Shown one piece after another: positions 1 through 13,106 of a stretch of DNA of 64,000 nt. Position 1 is the stretch's first letter. Every line of letters starts with the position of its first letter. The stretch is from assembly GCA_958009085.1 (NCBI GenBank), contig OY253674.1, positions 434,001 through 498,000 on the forward strand. Direction: 5' to 3'. The DNA is from Protoeuglena noctilucae (lineage: Eukaryota). Position numbers and translations under genes: made by a program. Below the pieces are notes generated by a model. The model did not search any database. It saw only the letters and a list, made by a program, of their open reading frames with translations, and was not told the origin of the DNA.

Positions 1-189
1 CCTCGTCGGGAAGATGAGGAAGGTGTCCCGCGTGGGGCGGTGAGAACAGACCCAACCAGCGTGCCGTGCCAAGGGCCGAACATTCAAACCAAGTGCTTCG
101 CGAGCTCCAGGGCTGGAGCTCGCATGGGACCGCTGAGCTGCGCAAGCATGAGGAGCATGCAGGGCTGTGGGAAGCGTGTGTGCTGCGTC

Positions 190-1366
190 TCAAAGGGCTC
201 GAAGCGCCCCCATTTTCTTGTAGACCCCGACCGCTGTGGCGCACACGACGTTCTTGCCCTCCTTCTGCGTTAAAAGCTCCATGCGCACCTGCGGGCAGGA
301 CGAGCCATGCGACGTGCACCTTGCGTCCCTCTGCTCTGCACCCGCGTGCAGCGGCCTGCTCCCTCCATCCTTTGAATCGTCACCTCCACCACGGGTCGGT
401 CCACGCCCAGCTTGGGCCCCTGCGTGACCTTCAGGACCTGGGACTTGAGGGTCAACGGGACATCAGGCATAGCAGGCGACTTGAAGTCCACCGCCAAGTG
501 GCTCGTGAGGGTGAGGGCGGGGCGGGGCAGGCAGGCCCTGTCCATCAATGCGATGGCCGCCGTCCAGTTCCCATGGCACTCGAACAGCGTCGAGATGACA
601 CCGCCGTTGAGCACGCCCGGGAAGGCGCAGTACTTGCTGCCCAGCACTGTACAGGCGAGGCGAGGCATTGGAGGTCGGATGGGGTTAGGGTCTGGAGGGT
701 CCGACACGTCGGCAAGGCCGCAGGGTGGCACTGCTGCGCTCACCGATTTGCGCCACGAGACCCCCATCCCCGGAGCGGAACGAGCGCAGCCCGAGTCCGC
801 CACTGGCGGCGGGCCCGCAGCCGTAGCATGCAGAGAGAGGCGTGTAGGCCTCCTGCACCGACGTTTGCTGCTCGTCCTTGGCATATCCCAAGCCGCCTTG
901 CACCACGGCAGGGTGATGCGGACTGTTGCAGGGATTGATCTTCACTCCCTGAGACGACAGGGCTTGCCAGGCCGCCTGTCGATCTCCGTGACCGCCCTCC
1001 GCCGCCTCGCTCTGCGGAGCGGGCCCCGAGAGCGAGCGTGTGGCGTCGGCAAGGTGCCAAGCTTTGCTAAGCGAATGGGCTCACAGCATAACCCTGATCC
1101 CGTTGCGCCTCACCCCGAAGGACTTAAACAAAGACCTCCATGTTCCGGTCCCGGCGTGGCCGGGATGGGCCGCGGCGTCGCCTGCGCAAGCGTTAACAGA
1201 CACGCGTCGATGGCAGCGGCGCGTCGCGATGGTCGGCGAGCGCGGTGAGGGACTCACCTGCTCGAGCCGGACCAACGGAAGCCCTCGGCGTATACGCCCC
1301 GACGGTGGCCTGAGACCCAGAGCGACTCGCGAGCGGGACAAGTTGGCGCAGCAAACGCCGGGACAT
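190..1366 (-). CDS. Hot-dog fold thioesterase-superfamily protein (PaaI-like), multi-exon, probable organellar targeting peptide
   Basis: Exons encode CYGCGP...GLGLRSF, YCAFPGVLNGGVISTLFECHGNWTAAIALMD and terminal GVYKKMGALRAL* (TGA at 190-192). The first exon MSRRLLRQLVPLASRS starts at 1366 and is followed by a GTGAGT donor. Confidence 0.75.
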
Positions 1367-2005
1367 CTGAGCGGCGCGCGAGTCGTGAAGCCCCAGCTGA
1401 CTCGGTCACGATAGAGCGGGTCCGCGTTGGCATTAGACGTGGCTTCGCGAGGCGTCATGACGTTGACGCGCGGGCCCTGACGGAGGGCGTACCTGCCCCC
1501 GCTCGGTGCCCGCGAGACAGGAGGCTATTGCCGAGCGCGTGGGTGGGAGAATTCATGTTCATCGGTGACCTCTCTGGGCAATATCTGTTTTCCTTTCACA
1601 AGCTTTTGGACCACACTTGACGGGCGCATCTGGTCCTGAGGGCGCTGGACGGCCCACGAGTGTCCTGTCGATTTAAGCTGGATCCACAGGTGATAGCCAG
1701 GAGCACCTAGCACGAGGTGGGGTGCTGGGAATGCGTGGCAGCGCCCAGCATGAAGGTCCGACAACGTCTCCCTTGCCTACCGGGGCTGGAGCGACTGCGG
1801 AGCCCCCCATGTCTGTCTTTGGATGAAGTACTATGCAGGGACGTCTCTTGGGGTGAAAATAGTCGGCCAAGCGGCACGAAGCCTCGAGGCACATGTTGGA
1901 CTTCCATACCTGCCCATGGCTTCAACGCGCGCAGGTCAGAGAACGGCGGACGCGCGCTGCATCATCATTCGGTAGGCGCGGGGTCTGTGAGTGGGGAGGG
2001 GCGGC

Positions 2006-3673
2006 ATGGCGACGTCCGCCAAGGGCGGCGCAGCCCAAGATGCCAAGGGGGGGACTGTCCCGGCGCCTCCGCCGCCCGAAACAGAGGGTGAGGGGCAACC
2101 ACACATCGTCGTATGCGCCAGCGTGAAAGTGCGTGGCTGCTTGGGGCACAGGGCCTCGAGTTTAGGACCCTCTGCCCGCTCGACCGTCCTGTAGCCCCCG
2201 TCCCGGAGGACAACGCCGCTGCCGAGGCCCAGCCGCCCCCGCCGCCGGAGCTAGATGCGGTACCGAACCTTGCGGATGACCAGCTTCGGGAGTTCTGGGG
2301 CCTCCGCGGCAGCCTGGAGGAGTCGGCTGACATGCTGTCCAAAGCCCTGGGGTACCGGGACTATCGGGCGAGTGGCGACCGCTGCGAAGGCACCCGGGTC
2401 AGGTGCTTACTTGCTGGAATGCACGGCACGAATAGCCTCCGCCCCGCCCTCGCAGGTGGATGCCCAGCAGAGCATCCGCCTGGACTTCGCGATGTTCGTC
2501 CTGCAGTTCGCGCATGGGCATGCGCTGACGTGTCCCCAGACCCGCGCAGTGATGAAGGCGTCTCACGCGTTCCTGCACCGTATCCAGAGCGAACCGAACT
2601 TGGACGCCATCCAGGTGAATGACGCGCAAGGACGCTGGCTTACGCCTGTCGCCTGGCCATTCACAGTCTCTCCCAGCAGCTGGTTCGATCGACTCCATTT
2701 CCCCTCGCCGCAGGAGGACCTCAAGAACATGCTCATGCCGATGGTGAAGGCCGCCGTGTCGGCGGATGAAGGGTTCCTTCTTCCAGAGCAGCTCGGGGCA
2801 TTTGGGCGCTTCCTGGTGGATCTGGTGGTGAGGGCACCGGGCGTGCACGCAAGGCAGGTAGATGTCTAGATGCCGCTAGGCTTTTGGGTCGCGAGGCCGG
2901 CGCCGGTTCGCCCGCAGGTCAAGCATTTCCATCTGTGGCGGTTCGTCCTCACCATGGAGCAGGAGCACGACTACACGGGTGAGTGCGAGCGGGTGCAGCT
3001 GTGAGCCGAAGCAGTGCGTAATGGCAGAGTCCGAAAAGCGTTAGCATGCGCCCCTGCAGCCGAGGACATCACGGTGGAGACTCCCAACGCGCCTGTCGAG
3101 TTCGACAAAGTCGTCGTCACCGAGGAGCAGTGGTTCCGAGCGAAGGAGCAGCGCGTACAGGCCGAGGTGACGGCTCGCGACGCGTGCGGCTGCACGTGGA
3201 GGTGCTGCGGCGGCGTGCATGCCGCGGAGAGCTCGCCTTGCCTTGCCCCGCAGGAGGACCGGAAGAAGCGGGAGGTGCTTCTGGCACAGGAGAAAGCGAT
3301 GGAGCAGGACCGGTTGAAACACGAGGAGGAGAGGAAGCGAGCCGAGGAGCAAATTGAGCAGCTGAAGCAGGCGAAGGTATGTGTGTGCGCATGTGAAGCC
3401 TTGCGCCCGTTGGCACGGTGTCGCCAGTGACGCCGCTTGGCCACGCTTGACCACCTGCTGCTCTTCCCCACGCTGCAGCCGGCGTCTCTCGACGAGGCCG
3501 TGGAAATTCAGGTTCGGATACGCCTCGAGGAGGAGCGGCTGAAGCTCATCGCCGAGTTCCAGGCCAAGGAGGACGAGATACGCGAGGAGATCAAGGGCCT
3601 CGCTGCCAAGCTCGCGGCCTCGCTCAACCCGCCTCCCGCCGCACCGGCCGCGCCCCACACCAAGGAGAAGTAG
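2006..3673 (+). CDS. CFAP119/C1a-32 (CLAMP)/C8orf74-like flagellar protein with coiled-coil C-terminus
   Basis: The spliced product reads ...LSKALGYRDYR|VDAQQSIRLDFAMFVLQFA...FGRFLVDLV|VKHFHLWRFVL..., then an E/K-rich coil. Family assigned by motif recall. Confidence 0.55.
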
Positions 3674-4155
3674 CTTGCGATGGGTTTGCCCCTGTGTCTG
3701 TTTCGCCGTTTCAGCTGCCGGGGCGGAATCGTTCAACGATGTGCCAACTCCAGCCATGTTCAACCCGTGGTCCTCGTCGTTGTCGCGGCGGACATCGCCA
3801 GGCGCTACTGCACAGCCGGCAAAGTCTTGAAGTCTTCGTGAGCCTTAAAGGGGCCTAGAGGCATCGGACTGCTCTAATCGCTGTATCTGCGGCATGAAGT
3901 CCTAAGTCACTGCGTGGTCATCGGAGCCAGTTAGGCAGCCTGCCGAGTTTGTGTCCCCAAGGTGACGAGTTTTGACGCAATCGATGTTTGGCGAGCGCCG
4001 ATGTGGATGACGAGCCCTGCGGCGACAGGCGCGGCAAGGTTTAGACTTGCTGGCAGCCTCCGATGTTTTCTCTGGGGGCGGACGGGTCCGCGGCCTTGCA
4101 CGAGAGGCCTCCCAGCGTCCACGCCTTGCCTGCGCCGCAGGGGCGCGGAGGCGCG

Positions 4156-7100
4156 ATGGCGAAAGCCCAACACGCCGCATCTTCCGTTGATGCGGAGCTG
4201 GCGGCGGCGGATCAGGAGTACGCGCGTTTGAACGGTGAGGGGCGCCGAGCACGGGGCCCAGCCTCGCGCAGCCTCGCCCACTGGGCCTCTCGCCGTCCAA
4301 TGGGCAGACAGCATCGGAGAATGCTTTTCAAATTGCTGGGGGAGATGCTGTGCCGGGGCTGCGAAGGCCCTCAGGAGCCTCCTGCGGCTTGCCCGTCCCA
4401 GCAGCACCCGTGTTCCCCCTCCCGCAGCTTCTGCCAAGGGCGCCCGCGATGATATCGTCGGGAAGCTGGCCTCCTATGCGGGGGAGGCCGGTCAGGCTGC
4501 CTCGAAGAATCTCGGCGCCCTGGCGCAGGAGCTGCGCCTCCTGGATGAGTGCTCCGATGCCGTCGCGAGGTGCGCGCCGGCCGCGCCACCGTGCGCGGCG
4601 CGCTTGCCTGCTACGTGCGATTCAATTTGCCGATGTCTCCCGCCGGGCGCAAGGGCGAGATCTCGAGGGGCGCAAGCTCTTAGCGCCGCTCATCGATGCA
4701 TCCCCTTCACTGGCCCGCAGCATGATCAAACTCCAGAGGTCGGTCGTCCAGCTCACAGAGGCGTCGTCGGTGTTTCAAAATCCAGCGGCTCCCGGGTCCG
4801 CAACCGCCCCGACGATGAAGGACATGCAGGCCGCGGTGTCGGCCCTCGCCACGACTCGCAAGCTGGCTGCCGGTGCGTGTCGCGGGCGATCCTGGCCGGC
4901 TGGAGTCCCAGCCGTCGCCTGGAATCGAGACGTCGTCAGACTGCACCCCGCCTCGGTCTCCGCAGACGCCGCGGCGAGCTCACGCACCGTCACGGGCCTG
5001 GGGGCCGCGTTTAGCTCCGTCCTGATTGCGGTGGAGAAGGCGGAGCATTCGGTTCGCGCTAGGGCCGCCGCGCACATGCAGCGACACCTCAGGTGCGCGG
5101 CGCGGGCGCGCTGGGCCCTGGGAGCGAGGTCCGCCCCTGCGGCCGACACCGATGCTCAGCCAGCCACCCTCGCCTCCTCCGCCGCAGCGCCGTCGGGTGG
5201 CCCCCGGATCTGTCCACCGCGAAGGCCAAGGCGGGCACGCCCGAGTGGGCCCTGACCTGGGGCCACCTGTCGGTGTTTGCTGGGAACGCCGAGGCCCACG
5301 AAGGCGTGGCGCGCATCTCCTGCATCCTCCGGGCGCTCCAGAGAGTGCTGGAGACGTCGGAGTCCCATCAAGGTGCGAGGCTCGCTCGACGCGATAGATG
5401 GGGGGTCTCACCTCTCAGCTGCAGCTGTTGTCCATTTGCTGTGGACCCCACTTCGCGGCAGAGACTCTCCGCGGAACCAGCCTAGGGAGTTAAAACGCAT
5501 CGCAAGTCGCCGTTTACAACCCTAGCTGCGACTGCCGGTCCTCGCAGGTGGCGGAGAGGAGGTAGAGAAGGCCGCAACGGAGGCACCGGCCCCCGATTGG
5601 GCCGCAGAGGAGTTGGTGGCGAGCCTGCGAAGCCGCCTGGCCTTCCACTTCCAGTCCGGCCGAGACGGTGGCCGCTCGCACGCGTCGGGCATGGCCCAGG
5701 CGCTCGGCTGCGCCCGGGCTTGCGCGTCCCTGGTCGTGCCTTGCGTCGACCCCATTGCTGCCGAGATGGCCAGGCTCGGGGACACCCGCGCCTCCAAGTC
5801 CCTGCGGCCCATGGTCCTCCGGGCCCTGGCCCGAGCCACAGGTGCGCTGGGGTTTCTTCCTTCAGGACTCCTGAGCACTGCGCCGCCCTGTCGCCTTTCT
5901 CAAGCGCGGGTGCCTGCGTCGACCTGTGCCACCCCTGCTACCCTAGCACGTATACTCACTCCAGACTCAACCATGTGCTCGCAGGCTCGGTGCTGCGTGA
6001 CCACCTGGAGGCGCTGGCAGCCGAGGGCGTGACGCCGATGAGGGTCGCCACGGAGCTCCTGGCCTTGGATTGCCACTTGGCGGTGTCGTTGGGACTGGAC
6101 GCGGAATGGGCCGGGGCGGGCCGGGACGCAGCGGGGCGGGGCTGCCTCGGGGACGTCCCCAGGGCTCTGGGCCCCGGCATGAGTGCGTCGGGGTCAGCCG
6201 TCGGTCACGGCCAGGCCCTGGCAGCCTTCCTCGCCGGGTGCACCCGGGAGCTGGCGCTGCGGGCGACCGCTGCGTTCGACGCGCCCGACGCCTGGTCCCC
6301 GCTGCTGACGGCGGCAGATGCGTACGACGGGACGACGAGGGGCGGCGGGTGCGCGGGGGTGGCCCTCCGGGTGCCGTCCCCCGCCACGCATGCGAGCGAC
6401 GCGCTCGCGGGGCTCCTGTCCACGTGCGTGACCTGGGCGGCTGCGCTGGACGAGGACGCGGTGCGGATGTCGGCCATCGCAGACATGGCGGGCGCCGTGG
6501 GTGAGCAACGCTGGGGGCATCCCGCGTTGACATGGAACTGAGAGCGTGTCTACAGCGAGCGTGTTCCTGCGACTGTGTCACTGTTGCATGATCGGTGGAG
6601 GGTTGGATTGCATTGCGCTGTACGGGTGTCGTATGCGCGCTGACTCGGGTGCTGCCAAGTGAGCCATGCGGGTGGCTGACTGGTGAAGCGCAAATGCAAT
6701 CTCTGCTTCTTTCTCTTGCTTCCCAGTCAAGGCGGCCCTCGCTCGTCTGAGCCGGGAGATGGAGTCGGCAGCCGCGTACGACGAGTGGGTGACCGGGCAC
6801 TGGGGCGCTCGTTGCGCTTCGTGCGTGTGCACTGCCGAGGCCCTGGCCGTGGCGCTGGATGAGCTGACGCTGGACGGCTCCGTCGCGGCGCTGGGCAACC
6901 CCCAGCCCATCACGCAGCACGCCCGAGCATGCCGGCGCTTCCGCGATGAGTGGTGAGCGGGGTGCCGTGCGACGGTGTATGCCCGCAAAAACGCACGCGA
7001 AGTGGCTCTTGATGAGAGGCATAAGCTGCCAGCCAAGCTGGCAAAGGCGGTCAGCTTTATGCACGTGGCCCCTGATGTGCGTGCCATCACGACCGCCCAC

Positions 7101-10100
7101 CCTCGTCTCCGTCCGCAGGTGCGGCCGCATCGGCGCTGGCCTGGCCTCTCACGTCATCCGCGACATGGCGCCGTGGAAGGCCGCGTGCAAGGCGCGGTAC
7201 ACGGCCCTGTCCTTCGACGTGACCTACTCGGCTGCCCCCGAGCTCACGCGCGCCCTGGCCACGTTGTCAGACTCCCTCGAGGCCCTCTGCGCCCACTACG
7301 ACCCCGTCACCCTCCGTGAGGTCCTTCGCGCCCTCCTCCCGACGCTCACTGTCGACATCTTCAACACAGGCGAGGCGATTATTAAGTGCAGTGGATCTTC
7401 GCGGCTGCGGGGGTGCTATCAGGCCCAAGAGCAACCTCCTGACTCGTCTGCAACACCTTGCTCACTGCATCACCTCCTTAAACCCCCCCGTCGAGGTGAA
7501 TCACAGTTCGATACCCTTGATAGCCGCTTACCCTCCTTTGATGTTCAGTGGTGACGGAGCACGAGTTCAGCTCGGCGGGTGCTGCCAACTACGAGTCGGA
7601 CGTGACGGCCATCGCCACCACGGCCCAGGCCAACCTGCCCGGCGCGTGGGGCTACATGCGCGAGCTGTGGGACGCAGCGGGGCTCCTCTGCGCACCCCTC
7701 TCCCAGGGACGCCAGGCCATCGCAATGTTGACGCAGGCAAGCGGTTGGGTTGCAACGGGGCCTGGGACTGGGCCTGGCAGTGTTTTATGTTCGCGCACTC
7801 TGTGTGCGCAATCGGTGCCCCCAAGTCCTTGACCATGGCAGTGCTTTCCGCTGTCGAATCTTTCTTGTTTCAACGTCGCTAGCGGGCGGCTCGGTAACAC
7901 TTGTTGCGATTGCCAGAAACAGCCCACGTGTCGGTCCGCGCAGGGCCTCAAGGACGCCGCTCCTCGGGAGCAGAAGGAGTTGTTGCAGTCGCTGGGAGTG
8001 GAGAGGCTGACCGTGGAGCAAGCCATTGCTGTCCTGTCTCAGAAGCTGGTGGAGTACGACGAGCAGGGAAACGAGGTGAGATGGGTGGGGATGTGTGCTG
8101 TTGTACGCGGTCTTTGTAGGCGGAGGGAGAGAGCGATGTGCCAATGATTGGGCTACGAAGCGACCGATAGACACCCATGCAGCGTGTTAGGGAAACAGAG
8201 CGTCATCATCGTCACGTGTCATCAACAATCAACAACACCCCTTAACTCTCCTTTCCGTCCGCAGCTTGAGCCCTCCCGGCCGCAACGGAGTGGCGTCCGT
8301 GGCGGACTCGGGGGGGCCAACGCCAGGACGGCCCAGGTGTTCATGCCACCGCCCAGCAGCGGGCGGCCGTCGTTGTCCACGCCTCGGAACTCCCAGGGGT
8401 GGCCGTCGGCACTCGAGGGTGCCGATCGCGCTCACACCCACACCCCGGCCCGACGGGGCCCCATTTCCGTCGATGAGGTGCGCGACGTCGCGAGTCGCGA
8501 TGGCAGCGCAGTCGCGGCGGCCGGCGGGGCGGACGCGGCGCTGGGGGACCTGGCTGTGAGTGCCGGGGCGTCGCAGGCCCTGGCGGAGTCGAATGGCATC
8601 CCGTCGCTGTCTCACTGGGACGGCACGGGCCAGTCGACGGCGTGGGGTGACGGGGAGGGTCAGGACGGGACTCAGTGGCAGGGTGCGGAGGGCGGAGCGT
8701 GGTCCGAGGCCGCGCAGGGCGCAGGGTGGTCGGAGGCCGGGGCAGACGCTGCGCCGGGGTGGGGCGGTGGGTGGGGTGGCGCTGACGGTGGGGTGGCGGA
8801 GGGTGGCGTGAACCCCGCGGGCAGCGTGCCTGCTACGGGGGTCTCATCTGTGGACGCTGGGTACGAGCACGACCCCGACTACGTCCGCGGTGCTTACCGG
8901 GACGATTCGAACCGAGACGAGGCCCCCCGGGATGGGGCGTATGCGGACGAGGGGTATGCAGATGGAACCTACCAAGATGGGGCATATGCAGATGGGACGT
9001 ACCAAGATGGGGCGTATCAGAATGGGGCATACCAAGAAGGGTCGTACCAGGAGGGTGCGTACCCAGCGGACGGTCCCATGAACGCGGCAGGGTGGTGGGG
9101 TGGCCAGAGTGGTGGCGTGGAGGCATACGGTGAAACGGGTGCGGAGGGCGGGGGCTGGGGTGCCGAGGGGTACGGTTACGCGCCAGAGGACGGGTATATG
9201 CCAGAGAATGGGGACGTGCAGGGCTGGGGTGCGGGACAGGACTCTCAGGGCTACGCTGCCGAGGGTTATGCAGCGGACATGGGGCCTGGGGATGTGGGAC
9301 AGGGCTGGGGTGCAGGGTACGCATCGGGCCAGTATGTCCAGCAGGAGGGGGGATGGGGTGCAGTTGGGGAGGAGGGTGGTGATGGGGCGGTTGCGGGAGG
9401 GTGGGGCATGCAGGAAGGGGAAGAAGGCGGTGCAGGGGAGTGGGGTGCGCAGGGAGGGGAGGAGGGAGGTGCCTGGGATGGTGGGGCTGGTGCGTGGGAC
9501 GGGGGTGGGGAGGTGGCGGACGTGGGCGGCGTGGCTGCGGACGATGGAGCAGCGGGCGAGGCGGGCATGGGCGACGCTGGTGGGGAAGTTGAGAGGAATG
9601 GGGCGGAAGAGGAGGGAGCGGGGGAGGGATGGGAAGGGGGAGAGGGAGGGGAGAAGGAGGGCGAGGGCCTGTCGCGGGGACACGTGACGCGTCGTGCGCA
9701 CTTCCCGACCAATGCCACTGTCCTGGGCAGCGACAACGCGTGGCAGGGGTCAGCGACGCCGCCTGAGTCGCCTGGGCCAGATGCGGATGAGTATGTTGAG
9801 GGGTATGGGGAGGATGGCTGGGCGGTCGATGAGCGTGACCCCGCGTGGGGCGATGGCACATGGAGTGGCGCTGGGGCCCAGGGCCACTCGCTGGGCGATG
9901 ATGGGGCGGATGGGGCGGGTCCATCGGGAGTGCAGGAGTGGGGTGGAGCGGGGGCTGAGGGTGGGGAGGTCGGGGAGGCGGTGGTGGGTGGCGCCAAGGG
10001 CATTGATGGGTATGGGGAGGGAGCTGGGGGCGGGAGTCGTGAGGGGGGTGGGGATAACGCTGCAGCGGCGCAGTGGGGTGCGGAAGCGGGGGCGGAGGGT

Positions 10101-13004
10101 GGCCAGGGTTGCGCAGCCGGGCAGTGGGGTGGCGAGGGAACAGCAGAGGGCGATGCTCCTCAATGGAGCGGGGAAGGGGCGACGGAGGGTGGGGAGGGTG
10201 CAGGTGTGCCTGCGTGGGGTGGAGAGGGCTGGGGCGAGGGCAAGCCTGAAGATCTGCCAGGCGCCGGGGATGGCGAAGTGGCTGCGGAAGGGTGGAACGG
10301 GTGGGCCCAGGGCGGTGCTGAGCAACAGGGTGCGGTGGGCTGGGGAGAGGGTGCGGCTGAGGAAGGGGAGGGGTGGGGTCAGGGCGGTGGTGGGGAGGAG
10401 GGTGCTGCGTGGGGTGATCATGCCCAGCAGGCGTGGGGTGGTGTGCAGATGGATGGGCAGTGGGGCGAGAGCCAGGGGTGGGCGCAGGGGCAGGAGGGTG
10501 GTGACGCGGTGGGTGGTGCTGGAATGGGGGACGCGGGTGATGGGGCGGCGGATGTGGGTGGATCGAATGACGACGCTGCTCGCACGGAGGCAGCACCCGA
10601 GTCTGCCGTCGCTGGCACGGATGGGCCCCACGAGGGTCATTCGGGTGGCCATGGCTGGGGCGACCGGGGTGACGCCGATGAGTATGGCGGTGAGGGGTAC
10701 GGCAATGACGATGGCATTGCCAAGGACCAGGGCGATGACCGGGTGCCGGGGGCAGGCGAGCGAAGAGCAGGGGCTGTCCCAGGAACAGTGGCAGGGCCAG
10801 GAGGGGCATGCCGAGCAGTGGGAGGGTGCGAATGGGTGGGGCGCGGCGACGGGGATGGCAGAAGGGTGGGGAGAGGAGAAGGACGGTGCGGAGGCTTCGG
10901 GGTTTGAAATGGGACGGGTGGAGACGCCGGAATGTTCGTGGGACACCCACAGGAGGCTGGTGGTTGGGGGCATGTGCCGGGGCGAAGGTCGTTTGGCGCG
11001 TCGAGCCACGCTGACAAGATGGCTCATCTGGAGTCTGTATTGGAGGATTCTGGGGAGGCGGCAGCTGCGAGTGAAGACGCGGGGGGGGCAGGGAAGGGTG
11101 CGGAGGTGGAGCAAGGGTGGGCGGGGGCTGGCGAGGGGTGGGCGGGGGCGGAGGGTGCGGGGGAGGGGCTTGGGTGGGGTGGAGGGGAGTCGGGGTGGAG
11201 TGCGGCAGAGCAGGGTTGGAAGGATGCGAGTGGGGATCAGGGGTGGGGGGAGGAGGCGAAGGGTGGGGACGGCGGAGCTGGGGAGGTGGGGGCGGAGGGG
11301 AGCGCAGGCGTCGCCAATGCTGCAGTGGAAAGTGCAGTGGAAGGCGAAGAGACAACCTGGCCCAATCACGTGGTTGGCGATGCCTCGACAGACACCCACC
11401 AGGCCCACCACCCCGCCCCGGACGCGCCATCCGCTGAGCACTCGCCCTCGGCCACCCACGCCACGCCACCTGCCGACCGTGGTTCCCCGCCCGCCCACGG
11501 CGCCGACGCCAAGTCCGCCAAGCACCCGCCGTCTCGGCGAGGGTCGGGCAAGCGCCACCCACCGCCGCCCCCGCCGCCGCCCCCGCGTGCAGGGAGCAAT
11601 GCGCCGTCCGAGCGTGCCAGCACGGGCGTGCCCTCTGCCGGGGCGTCGCCGGCGGGGCACCCCCCGGACCTCACGTACCGTGCCAACCCGGCCCCGGCTG
11701 GGGCTCTGGCCGGGGCTGCAGACCACACCGGCGATCCGGCGTGGGGTGGCTCTGTGTTGACGACCGCCGCCGCTGCCACGGGCCCCGAAGCGCATGCCGA
11801 GACGCGGCAGCTGAGCCGCGACGAGTCCAGCGGCCGCAGCCACGAGGCGTCGGGGTGGGGCGCCCCCCCTTCTGGCGGCGCTTCTGGCGTTGCTGGCATG
11901 CCAGACGGGGCGTGGCAGGCGCCGGGCGCGGCTCCCACTCGCGGCCCGGGGACGTCGCAGGGAGGCGTTTGGTCCCCGCCTCACGCCGGGAGCGAGTCTT
12001 CGTGGGGCGCTCCGGCCACTAACGCATGGGATGGACATGCATGGCACGCCGGCCCTGCCGCGACCACTGCCGACCCCGCCCGCACCTCACCCGGCCACGG
12101 CCACGCACCGCCGCACGCCGCGGGCCTCCCCGGCGCGTCCGTCCAGGGCCCGACCACCCGCATGCTCGTCCCGGACGTGCCGCCAGGCCCCGCGCCCACC
12201 TGCCCGGCGAGCGTGCCTCCAAGCGTGGCCCAGCCGTCCCTGCCGCTTACCACCTCTGGGAACCCCGTTCCCTCCCGGGGCTACTCGGCGGGTCACATTC
12301 ACGTTCCGTCGTCGCATTCGGGGACTCCCGTTCCCTCCCGGGGCCCTTCCGCCGGGCAGATTCACCTGCCTGCAGTCCCGCAGAGCCCCGCGCAGGGCGC
12401 GATGCAGGTGCCAATGCCGACGGCCGCCTCCGTGCACCAGCCGCAGTTTGCGCCGCACCAGGCGGTGGGTCCTATCGTGCCTAGCAGTCAAGGCACCTCT
12501 CCTGCAAGCGCCTCGGGCCAGCCCTTCTCGCCCCGCTCGAGCATGCAGGGCGCGCTGTCGCCCCGCATGGGCCGCCCCGCGCAGCTGGGCTACTCGGTGG
12601 GTGGCACCCCGGCCGGTGCCCTCCTGCCCGGGGCATCCCCGGGGCCAGGGATCATCCCGCCCGTGCAGCCGTTGCCCGCGCCTCGGCTCTTCATCCCTCA
12701 CGGGTCGACCACGTGGGGTGGGGGTGGTGTCCCAGACGCACCCGTCGCCCCGGCGGAGTCTGTCGCTCCCGGGGGTTTCAAGACTGGGAACCCCGATCTT
12801 GCAGCTGTGGGGGCGCAGCGCGGCGCCGCAGCAGCGGCGGGTGCCAACGCGGCTGAGCCTGGGCTGGCTGGCATGGGGACGGCAGGGGTGGGGTTAGGGT
12901 GGGGCATGGATGGGGGCCAGGAGGCCGGGTGGGGGACAGGAGACGACGCAGGGAGTGGGTGGGGCGGCGGCGGGGGGTGGGGCGGTGGAGGGTGGGGCTC
13001 GTGA
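4156..13004 (+). CDS. RINT1/TIP20 (MAG2-like) tethering subunit with a very long acidic Gly/Trp-rich and Pro-rich C-terminal extension
   Basis: RINT1/TIP20-like motifs are PDWAAEELVASLRSRLAFHF, VVTEHEFSSAGAANYESDV and LTVEQAIAVL. A phase-0 intron at 8076-8263 (GAG|GTGAGA...CCGCAG|CTT) joins the core to the low-complexity exon. The frame is disturbed at about 10750-10915. Confidence 0.65.
8931..9065 (+). repeat. Nine tandem 15-bp units encoding the pentapeptide DGAYA/DGTYQ/EGSYQ
   Basis: Units such as gatggggcgtatgcg, gatggaacctaccaa, gatggggcatatgca and gatgggacgtaccaa read directly from the sequence. Confidence 0.85.
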
Positions 13005-13106
13005 GACTGTTTTCATAAGTCCAGGTTTTGCGACGTGCTGGGTTCCTCAGATCCGCCAGCATCGCGGCATCTTCCCGCTCCCTGCCGCGAGCGTAGCTGG
13101 GCAAGC

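Noticed and set aside
8931..9065. CRISPR-like array
   Set aside because: The units are contiguous 15-bp coding repeats with no spacers, there are no cas genes, and the context is eukaryotic.
10905..10907. Selenocysteine or readthrough at the single in-frame TGA
   Set aside because: The ~50 codons before it lose the Trp/Gly/Glu composition while the +1 frame gains it. That fits indels better than readthrough.
8833..12047. Very long minus-strand ORFs (909 aa and 765 aa) and the 688-aa alternative plus-frame ORF
   Set aside because: These are shadow ORFs of the G-rich coding exon. Their Pro/His/Arg-rich translations have no motifs, and stop codons are rare at this GC content.
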